NCBI GenBank assembly: GCA_903824855.1 | Contig: CAIJYI010000022.1 | Location: 1-58,123, forward strand | From: an uncultured bacterium | GTDB taxonomy: Bacteria > Patescibacteriota > Minisyncoccia > Phycocordibacterales > CAIJYI01 | Direction: 5' to 3' | Length of the DNA stretch: 58,123 bases | Shown here: positions 50,960 through 58,123 of the stretch, piece after piece | Numbering within the stretch: the stretch's first letter is position 1 | Layout: each line of letters begins with the position of its first letter | Notes under the pieces: model-generated | What the model saw: only the letters and a program-made list of their open reading frames with translations | Database searches by the model: none | Told to the model about the DNA's origin: nothing | Position numbers and translations under genes: made by a program

Positions 50960-51328
50960 TTAATTCTCTCGCTGTTGTAACCCGTGATTATTTTTAGTTG
51001 GTGTTATATTTTCGTTTTGCATTTCGGTATATACCTCATTGTATTTTCCTATTGATGTTAGTTCCATTTGATATTTAACCAGGTCTTGATTATATTGATC
51101 GATAAAATTTAGAATCATACCGGTAAATATTATCGAGGAAATTGAAAAAATAAGCCAATATCCTCCCTCCCTTTTATGGAGAGGCCTTTTCATCTGGTAG
51201 AAAAATCTAATTATGTTTTCCTTTGTAAAAGACTTCTTTAAAATGCTCCACGAAAATAAATTTGAAAAAGAGAAATCATTTTCAAATTCATAATATTCAG
51301 AATTTTTATCATTCGGAACGGCAGTCAT
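50960..51328 (-). CDS. Hypothetical single-TM protein
   Basis: 122-aa ORF directly downstream of hpf, ending at a terminator. Confidence 0.6.
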   Translation of the reverse strand: MTAVPNDKNSEYYEFENDFSFSNLFSWSILKKSFTKENIIRFFYQMKRPLHKREGGYWLIFSISSIIFTGMILNFIDQYNQDLVKYQMELTSIGKYNEVYTEMQNENITPTKNNHGLQQREN

Positions 51329-51340
51329 ATACTACTGCGA

Positions 51341-51697
51341 TTATCTGCGAATCATCTTCTTGATTATAGCTTCTCCTCTTTTTGCAAGTGTTTGTCTTTT
51401 GTCTTTTCGCGAAATACATTCTCTTTCAATTTTATCCTTCATTTCGTCTATTGCCGCATAAAGATCTTCTTTCTCTGATTCCGCAAAAAGCTTTTTTCCA
51501 TTGGCGGTTAAATTAATTTCGGCGCGAAACACCTCACCTGATTTATGGTGGTGTGTCGACATTCCGACCTCAACTTCTGCTAAAACATTTTCTATATCGT
51601 TGCGAAGGAATTTCTCCAACGACTCAACTCTTTTCTCAACGTACTCTTTGATTGAGGGGGTCAAAGCGATCCCCGTCCCTTTGATATTTATTTTCAT
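51341..51697 (-). CDS. hpf: Ribosome hibernation factor HPF/RaiA (short form)
   Basis: MKINIKG..I.LT.SIKEYV, DLYAAIDE. Confidence 0.92.
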   Translation of the reverse strand: MKINIKGTGIALTPSIKEYVEKRVESLEKFLRNDIENVLAEVEVGMSTHHHKSGEVFRAEINLTANGKKLFAESEKEDLYAAIDEMKDKIERECISRKDKRQTLAKRGEAIIKKMIRR

Positions 51698-51801
51698 ACA
51701 TATATTATAACAAGCGTCATAAAAAAGGGAAACGGAAATGGTGATAACTTTGGGATATTGAAATATATTTAAATATAATGTACAATAAAAAAGTTACATA
51801 T

Positions 51802-51874
51802 CCGCCCATAGCTCAGTTGGTAGAGCAGATCCCTCTTAAGGATAAGGTCGTAGGTTCGAACCCTACTGGGCGGA
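51802..51874 (+). tRNA. tRNA-Lys(CTT)
   Basis: Acceptor CCGCCCA/TGGGCGG, anticodon loop CTCTTAA, T-loop TTCGAAC. Confidence 0.94.
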
Positions 51875-51878
51875 CAAG

Positions 51879-51906
51879 AAAAAATGCCTTTGCGGAGGCA
51901 TTTTTT
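51879..51906. terminator. Terminator after tRNA-Lys
   Basis: AAAAAATGCCTT...GAGGCATTTTTT. Confidence 0.8.
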
Positions 51907-51907
51907 G

Positions 51908-51954
51908 TTGTTCGCCCACGCAAATGAACTGCTTCATTTGCGTGTGGGATGTGA
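51908..51954. repeat. Inverted degenerate copy of the tRNA-Lys 3' end split by a 25-nt hairpin
   Basis: TTGTTCGCCCA+CGCAAATGAACTGCTTCATTTGCGT(51919-43)+GTGGGATGTGA versus tRNA reverse complement TTGTCCGCCCA|GTAGGGTTCGA. Confidence 0.78.
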
Positions 51955-51991
51955 TGGGAACCGCGCGGCTCGTTGCGACATGCTCAACATC

Positions 51992-52039
51992 TTCTCGTCC
52001 TCACGAAAGAGACGCAGGTCTCTTTCTTCCTGGGCGCAA
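51992..52039. repeat. Inverted copy of the tRNA-Leu 3' end split by a 25-nt hairpin
   Basis: TTCTCGTCCTC+ACGAAAGAGACGCAGGTCTCTTTCT(52003-27)+TCCTGGGCGCAA versus tRNA TTCGAGTCCTC|TCCTGGGCACAA. Confidence 0.85.
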
Positions 52040-52067
52040 AAAAACCGGCTCTACGCCGATTTTATTG

Positions 52068-52149
52068 TGCCCAGGAGAGGACTCGAACCTCCAAGGATTG
52101 CTCCACTAGTTCCTAAGACTAGCGCGTATACCAATTCCGCCACCTGGGC
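52068..52149 (-). tRNA. tRNA-Leu(TAG)
   Basis: Acceptor GCCCAGG/CCTGGGC, anticodon loop CTTAGGA, variable arm, T-loop TTCGAGT. Confidence 0.95.
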
Positions 52150-52275
52150 TTTAACTTGATGACACTATAACATAGTTTTTCATTTTCTGCATTTAATTTG
52201 ACATATTTCGCCCTATTCATTAGTATGAATTTACTGTAGTTCATTGAAATCAAACAATTATAAAGGGGGTTCCGA

Positions 52276-54552
52276 ATGACAGAAAAAACCGAAAAAGCTG
52301 TAGAATTTAATGTTGGTAAAGTATATGAATATATACCTTATTGGCGCATGATAAACTCATGTGGTGGAAGTCAAAAAGGAAGTTATCTTAATTTGAGAGG
52401 ACACGATAATCTGCCTCCACTCGACGGAATAGATGAACAAAAAATTGCCGAGCTTTGTAGAATTGTTCGGGGTCTTATTTTTACCATGGTAGACGTTTCA
52501 AAATCGGGACATCCCGGCGGATCGTCTTCTAAGGTAGAACAATTAGTTACTCTTTTGTGTTCAGAATCATTTCGCTTTGATGCGGAACATCCAAAAAATC
52601 CCGGACGTGACCGTTTAGTATGGTCAGCCGGTCATTGTTCCCCATTGGCACATTCATTGAACGCTTTGATTAAAGAAATCCTGCGATTGGAAGGAATTAA
52701 TCTTTCTGATGAAGAATTGAAATATTATTTTTCTCTTGAAGATTTGCTAAAATTCCGTACCTTCGGCGGTCCATCAGGGCACGTTGAATCCCATTATGCA
52801 CTTGAAGACGCATCAACCGGTTCATCCGGTCATGGTCTTTCTGCAGGCTTGGGATATGCAACACTCCATAAAACGAGTGGCCTACCAACAAAAGTTTTTG
52901 TTGTTATGGGTGACGCTGAAACAGAAGAAGGAATGGTTCATGAAGCACGCAACGTTGCGATTGCTTCCGGAATTTCAAACCTTGTTGTTCTATTGGATAA
53001 TAATGGATTTGGTATTGATGGTCACATAGGTGAAGCGATACCGAGTGAATTAGTCGATGATTGGAGAAAATGGAACGTCATAGAAGTCGACGGTCACAAC
53101 ATTCGTGAATTGGCATATGCTTATAAAATCGCGGCATTAAAAACCGATAAACCAACCGTTATTATTTCCCACACAACGAAGGGAAAATTCTACGGAAAAT
53201 TGGAAAATACATCTGATTCACATGGTACCCCACTTTCACACGATGAATATGTTGAAGCGATGAAAGGTTTAGTACGTGAAAGCGATTTTGATTTCAGAAA
53301 TATGTCTGAGATTAAGACGGCCATATTCTTTAGTGAGGAAAGAAAATATTTCTTGAGACAATTAAAAGTTGCAAAAGAGAAAATTCTTCCCGAAAGCGAA
53401 CTTGTCGCAGAGATGAAAAAAGCTCTCAAAGACAGACCGCTTGTCGACCACACCTCGATTAAACGTCCTGTTGAATTACCTCCGGAACTCCTCTTTAAAG
53501 AAGGCGTTCCCAAAGCAACACGATTTGCAACCGAAGCATTCTTTGAATGGTTGATGAAAAAAACCGGATTCTTCTATATAGGAACCGGCGATCTTTCAAA
53601 ATCAATCCTCACAAGAAAAGCAGAAGATGTTTACGGAATTATTAATCGTGAAAATCCTCTTGGACGCGGTATTCGTTTTGGTATTGCCGAACAAAATATG
53701 GCGATGATGTCGGTGGCGATGTCGCAAGATGTTCTCCCCGGCGGACTTAAACCGTTTAATGTTTTCGGTTCCTATGGCGTGTTTACCTCAATGATGGCAA
53801 ACTCTGTTCGTATGGGACTTGTCAATAATGCAATGAATCCTGAAGCAAAAAGTTGTTTCTGTATGCTCGCTGCTCATGACGGACCTGAAACAGGTGAAGA
53901 CGGACCGACTCATCACGGACTTTTCTGGATGTCGCTCTTTATGGCATATCCCGGAATCAAGGTGTACAAACCGCTTGATGCGAACGAAGCCGTGGAAATG
54001 TTATTCCTCGCAATAGAACGCAACGAACCGTTTGTCATGTCTGTCGCTCGTCCGAATACTCCTGTGTTTGAACGAAATGAAATAACAAAAGTTCCACCTG
54101 CGCGCGAAGCATGCAATGGCGCTTATGTATTCAAGAATTATTCATTAAACGAAAAAGTCAAACTTCCGATTGTTGTAGCGGGCGGACAAATGGTCGCTAA
54201 CCTTTTGAAAGCGTTGCCACAGATTGAGGAACAATATGATGTTAAAATCATTGCCGTTACCTCACCGGAATTGTTTAATGAACTTCGCGAAAGTGACCCA
54301 AAGAAAGCACTAATGATATTCAGCGAATATGACAGACACAATGCCATTACGCTCCATAACGGTTGGACCGGATTTCTCGACTCGTTTATTTTGCCGACGA
54401 ATTATAAGATGCGTGCACTCGGCATAACAAAGTTTCTCCAGTCAGGCAGACCTGAAGAAGTTTATCTTCAAGCTGAATTTGATTCGAACGGAATCGCGGA
54501 GAAAATAATTAAATCAGCAAAAGTCGACAAATGGTCGCCGATTGCTTCATAG
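52276..54552 (+). CDS. tkt: Transketolase-family ThDP enzyme
   Basis: SGHPGG, RDRLVWSAGH, GDAE..EG...E, D.N..GIDG, FGIAEQNM, GEDGPTH. Confidence 0.9.
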   Translation: MTEKTEKAVEFNVGKVYEYIPYWRMINSCGGSQKGSYLNLRGHDNLPPLDGIDEQKIAELCRIVRGLIFTMVDVSKSGHPGGSSSKVEQLVTLLCSESFRFDAEHPKNPGRDRLVWSAGHCSPLAHSLNALIKEILRLEGINLSDEELKYYFSLEDLLKFRTFGGPSGHVESHYALEDASTGSSGHGLSAGLGYATLHKTSGLPTKVFVVMGDAETEEGMVHEARNVAIASGISNLVVLLDNNGFGIDGHIGEAIPSELVDDWRKWNVIEVDGHNIRELAYAYKIAALKTDKPTVIISHTTKGKFYGKLENTSDSHGTPLSHDEYVEAMKGLVRESDFDFRNMSEIKTAIFFSEERKYFLRQLKVAKEKILPESELVAEMKKALKDRPLVDHTSIKRPVELPPELLFKEGVPKATRFATEAFFEWLMKKTGFFYIGTGDLSKSILTRKAEDVYGIINRENPLGRGIRFGIAEQNMAMMSVAMSQDVLPGGLKPFNVFGSYGVFTSMMANSVRMGLVNNAMNPEAKSCFCMLAAHDGPETGEDGPTHHGLFWMSLFMAYPGIKVYKPLDANEAVEMLFLAIERNEPFVMSVARPNTPVFERNEITKVPPAREACNGAYVFKNYSLNEKVKLPIVVAGGQMVANLLKALPQIEEQYDVKIIAVTSPELFNELRESDPKKALMIFSEYDRHNAITLHNGWTGFLDSFILPTNYKMRALGITKFLQSGRPEEVYLQAEFDSNGIAEKIIKSAKVDKWSPIAS

Positions 54553-54677
54553 TAACAACAAACCCCCTTCACTGGGGGTTTTTATTTACGAATAAAATTT
54601 CTTGACACTTTGTTGTTCTTATGATAATCTATCAAACGGTAACCAAAGGGTAACCGAAACATAGTTCTTTAAATTTA

Positions 54678-54920
54678 TTGGAGATTAATATAGTGATACT
54701 TAAAGTTCAAAAAGATGCTTTTGTTTTACGTCAAAAACTAGAGCAGGAATTACAAAAACTTCGCAGAGTTATCGTTACTGTTGAAGTTGTAGAAAGAGGT
54801 CTTTGTCTACAGCATTTATTAGACGGATACGAAGCGCGAACTCTTCGCGGATATGACTTATCCAATGCGGTAGTAAAAAAACTTGGAGAAGAATTCCCCG
54901 AGTTAATTATAGAAAAATAG
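54678..54920 (+). CDS. Hypothetical protein (start uncertain, possibly GTG 54693)
   Basis: TTGACA/GATAAT promoter upstream, GGAG SD, hairpin downstream. Confidence 0.55.
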   Translation: MEINIVILKVQKDAFVLRQKLEQELQKLRRVIVTVEVVERGLCLQHLLDGYEARTLRGYDLSNAVVKKLGEEFPELIIEK

Positions 54921-54983
54921 AAGTAATTCCGCGAATCGACAAGGAGGTCGCTTTGCGGATTTTTTGTAAAAAGGAAGACGTCG

Positions 54984-55106
54984 ATGCATCTAACATTTAT
55001 AATTCTTGCGCTTTTAGTATTTCTGCAAGGTCTGGCTCGATTTATTCGCGCCTTAGGAAAAGAAAAACACTTTGAAAAAAAACTAAAAGATACAGAAAAG
55101 AAATAG
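54984..55106 (+). CDS. Single-TM micropeptide (40 aa) with basic tail
   Basis: AAGGA SD; MHLTFIILALLVFLQGLARFIRALGKEKHFEKKLKDTEKK. Confidence 0.55.
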   Translation: MHLTFIILALLVFLQGLARFIRALGKEKHFEKKLKDTEKK

Positions 55107-55155
55107 ACACAAAAAAACCGCACCGATTACTCGGCGCGGTTTTCTTTATTAGTGA

Positions 55156-57864
55156 TTACTTTTTGAGAGCTCTTCTTAAATATTTTCCGGTATGCGATGC
55201 AGGATTGTTTGCAACTTCTTCCGGTGTACCCTTCGCGACGATTTCTCCTCCCCCGGTACCCCCTTCCGGTCCGATATCGATAACATAATCGGCGCTTTTT
55301 ATGATATCCATATTATGTTCAATCAAAATTACCGTATGCCCTTTTTTTACCAATTCCTGAACAATTTCAATAAGTTTTTTTACATCTTCGTAATGCAATC
55401 CGATAGTCGGTTCATCGAGCAAGTAAATTGTTTTCTGAATATTAACTCGATACATTTCGGAAGAAATTTTGACGCGTTGGCTTTCTCCGCCGGAAAGAGT
55501 CGTCGCTGATTGTCCGAGTTCAAGATAACCAAGCCCGACTTCATTCAAGGTTTTAATTCTGTCGGAAATTGCAGGGATGTCTTCAAAAAAAGTCATTGCT
55601 TCCTCAACGGTCATACGAAGAACATCGTAAATTGATTTGTTTTTGTATTTTACCTCCAACGTTTCTTTCATGAATCTCTTTCCTTGGCAGACATCACACG
55701 GAACATAAACGGTCGGCAAGAAATGCATTTCAACGGCAATTTCTCCGTTACCCTGACACGTCTCACACCTTCCTCCTTTTACATTAAATGAAAAACGGCT
55801 GGCTTTCCATCCTCGTACGCGTGCTTCGGCTGTTGCGGCGAACATGTCGCGAATATGAGTGAATGCTCCGGTATAGGTCGCAGGATTTGAACGAGGAGTT
55901 CGTCCGATCGGAGACTGGTCTACCATAATAACACGACTCAGTTCATCTGTTCCTGAGAATTCGGAACAATTGTAAATCTGTGCCGTTCTGTATTTGTGTT
56001 CAAGTTTTCCTAATAGGTTCTTGTGAACGATTTCATAGAGGAATGAAGATTTTCCCGATCCTGAAACACCGGTGACGACGACAAATTTATTAAGCGGAAT
56101 ATCCACATTCATATTTTTAATATTGAAAATGTTTCCGTTTCTAATTCGAATGGCGCCTTTATCTTTTGTTCGTCTTTCTTCCGGGACTTCGATAACTTTA
56201 TCTCCACGCAAATAATCAAGCGTTACTGAGCCTGATGTATTTTTCTTCGCCGTTAAGAGTTCTTCCATATCACCGGCAACGACAACATGCCCACCGTGAA
56301 TACCTGCTCCAGGCCCGATATCAACGAGATAATCCGAGGCATAGATAGTATCTTCATCATGTTCAACGACAATAATAGTATTTCCAAGATCCCTTAAATG
56401 AAGAAGTGTTTTTACCAGCCGGTCATTATCGCGAGAATGAAGCCCGATAGTTGGTTCATCGAGTACATACAAAGCACCAACGAGCCCGCTACCAAGTTGA
56501 GAAGCAAGGCGAATACGCTGTGCTTCCCCTCCTGAAAGCGTGTTAGCGCGACGATCAAGAGCGAGATATTCAATACCGACATTCAACATGAATTGCAGGC
56601 GGGAAATAATTTCTCGAAGAAGAACTTCTGATATTTTGGCGTCGCGTTCAGAAAGTTTGAGGTGTGTGAAAAAATGATGCGCATCAGCAATAGAGAGACC
56701 TGCGACTTCAACAATGTTTTTTCTTACCTCAACAACATTAACAATCTCAGTTTCTGCATTAGTTACATTCTTTTTGTTTTTCTTTTTTGATTCTAGTTTT
56801 AATTCGGCAGAATTTTTTTCCGGTAATTCACCGTGAATAAATACATTCAGTGCTTCCGGCCGTAAACGTTTTCCTTCACAGGTATCACAAGGTTCTATTC
56901 CAAATAAAAACTTCGTTCCAAGTCCATTACATTCCGCACACGCGCCGTAAGGTGAATTAAAGGAGAAAAGACGAGGTTCGATTTCGGGATAAGAGAATCC
57001 GTCATTCGGGCAGGAAAATTTTGAAGAGGTAAGGAATTCTTCGGTCGGGTTTTCAGGGTCACCGAAGGAAATAACGACGAGCCCGTCTGATTCTACGAGC
57101 GCTCTTTCTATAGATTCGGCAATTCGTTCAATAAAACCTTTTTTATCTGATTGCATCTCCGCCATGTCCATCTTATCGACAAGAATATCAATATCGTGTT
57201 TTTTAGTTTTGGTGAGAATTATCTGCTCGCGAAGTTTCTTCATTTTTCCGTCGACACGCGCCTCAACATAACCTTTCCCGAGCATATCGTAGAGAAGTTG
57301 ATAGTATTCGCCTTTTCTTCCGCGAATAACCGGGGCAAAAATTGAAATACGGAAAGTGTTAACTTTTACATCAAAAACTTTTTTCTCATGAGAGGTCGTA
57401 TCAATCTTCTCGAGACGTTCCATGACGAGATTTAATATTTCTTCGTTTGAAAGTTTCGTAATGACATCCCCACAGATAAGACAATGAGGTTTTCCGATAC
57501 GAGCATAGAGCACACGAAGATAATCGTATATCTCGGTAATAGTTGCTACCGTCGAGCGAGGATTATTTGAGCGACTTTTTTGGTCAATTGAAATTGCGGG
57601 AGAAAGACCGGTAATCTCATCAACATCGGGTTTTTGAAATTGTCGTAAAAATTGCCTGGCATATGAAGAAAGAGATTCAACATATCGTCTCTGACCTTCC
57701 GCAAAGATAGTATCAAACGCCAACGAGGATTTACCCGACCCTGAGAGTCCGGTGAATGCAATCATTTTATTACGTGGCATCTCAACACTGATGTCCTTCA
57801 GGTTGTGCGTTCTTGCTCCCCGAATGACGATCTTTTCGAGTTGAGAAAATTCTTTTTTTGTCAT
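55156..57864 (-). CDS. uvrA: Excinuclease ABC subunit A
   Basis: Two ABC modules (GLSGSGKS, GVSGSGKS, LSGGE), Zn fingers, AEGQRRYVESLS. Confidence 0.98.
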   Translation of the reverse strand: MTKKEFSQLEKIVIRGARTHNLKDISVEMPRNKMIAFTGLSGSGKSSLAFDTIFAEGQRRYVESLSSYARQFLRQFQKPDVDEITGLSPAISIDQKSRSNNPRSTVATITEIYDYLRVLYARIGKPHCLICGDVITKLSNEEILNLVMERLEKIDTTSHEKKVFDVKVNTFRISIFAPVIRGRKGEYYQLLYDMLGKGYVEARVDGKMKKLREQIILTKTKKHDIDILVDKMDMAEMQSDKKGFIERIAESIERALVESDGLVVISFGDPENPTEEFLTSSKFSCPNDGFSYPEIEPRLFSFNSPYGACAECNGLGTKFLFGIEPCDTCEGKRLRPEALNVFIHGELPEKNSAELKLESKKKNKKNVTNAETEIVNVVEVRKNIVEVAGLSIADAHHFFTHLKLSERDAKISEVLLREIISRLQFMLNVGIEYLALDRRANTLSGGEAQRIRLASQLGSGLVGALYVLDEPTIGLHSRDNDRLVKTLLHLRDLGNTIIVVEHDEDTIYASDYLVDIGPGAGIHGGHVVVAGDMEELLTAKKNTSGSVTLDYLRGDKVIEVPEERRTKDKGAIRIRNGNIFNIKNMNVDIPLNKFVVVTGVSGSGKSSFLYEIVHKNLLGKLEHKYRTAQIYNCSEFSGTDELSRVIMVDQSPIGRTPRSNPATYTGAFTHIRDMFAATAEARVRGWKASRFSFNVKGGRCETCQGNGEIAVEMHFLPTVYVPCDVCQGKRFMKETLEVKYKNKSIYDVLRMTVEEAMTFFEDIPAISDRIKTLNEVGLGYLELGQSATTLSGGESQRVKISSEMYRVNIQKTIYLLDEPTIGLHYEDVKKLIEIVQELVKKGHTVILIEHNMDIIKSADYVIDIGPEGGTGGGEIVAKGTPEEVANNPASHTGKYLRRALKK

Positions 57865-58065
57865 AATTTTGTGACTACCATTATATCACGCATAAAGACA
57901 TTTGGGAAGAGACAGAGGTGTGACTCATTATTCCCGTCCGTCATTTCGACCGCGACATGGAATCCATGGCGTAGTCACGTGGATTCTGAATCGCACCACA
58001 AGAGTATTTCCATTTTTATAGTCGCTTCACTCCTTAAAAATTAGGTCAGTTCAGAATGACGACGA

Positions 58066-58123
58066 GGGCGCAAAAAAATCGCCATCTGGGCGATTTTATT
58101 GTGCCGGAGGGGAGACTAGGTCA
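58066..58123. repeat. tRNA-Leu-trailer-like hairpin plus tRNA-3'-like fragment, truncated by the window edge
   Basis: 40-nt match to 52032-52071 with a compensatory stem change, followed by ...GGAGGGGAGACTAGGTCA. Confidence 0.6.

Noticed and set aside
51884..52159. 91-aa and 61-aa ORFs between the tRNAs
   Set aside because: They run through terminators, hairpin elements and antisense tRNA-Leu
54638..54655. Tandem GGTAACC sites downstream of a promoter
   Set aside because: Could be an operator, but two 7-mers with no cognate regulator nearby is insufficient
3386..57761. Numerous 60-180 aa antisense or alternate-frame ORFs in the track
   Set aside because: They overlap well-supported genes and show no motifs; treated as shadow ORFs
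57865..58060. LexA/SOS box upstream of uvrA (and uvrB)
   Set aside because: No recognisable CTGT-N8-ACAG or GAAC-N4-GTTC, and no shared palindrome seen

Overview
AT-rich bacterial chromosomal window, standard genetic code. It looks like a Patescibacteria/CPR (Parcubacteria-like) genome; this is inferred from the reduced forms of PriA, HolB, ProRS, UvrA and MreD, an HTH-MurA fusion, and many leaderless-type genes. Core genes: uvrB, uvrA, priA, greA, lysS, proS, frr, rpmG, miaA, tsaD, fmt, hpf, mraY-ftsW-murG, mreB x2, mreC-(mreD)-PBP2, rseP, and four tRNAs (Tyr, Trp, Lys, Leu; none encodes CCA). Accessory functions: a glucan-scavenging trio (GH15, pgi, ROK kinase), a GluDH-family enzyme with an altered substrate pocket, an intact hypFCDE hydrogenase-maturation operon with no hydrogenase in the window, a transglutaminase-like protein, an RlmN-like radical SAM enzyme, transketolase, and many orphan single-gene units. 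The most striking unexplained structure lies downstream of three different tRNA genes (Trp, Lys, Leu). Each has an inverted copy of its own 3' end, split near the T-arm/acceptor junction by a 25-nt hairpin with a 9-bp covarying stem and an invariant GCAG/CTGC loop. A possible fourth related locus is cut by the window end.
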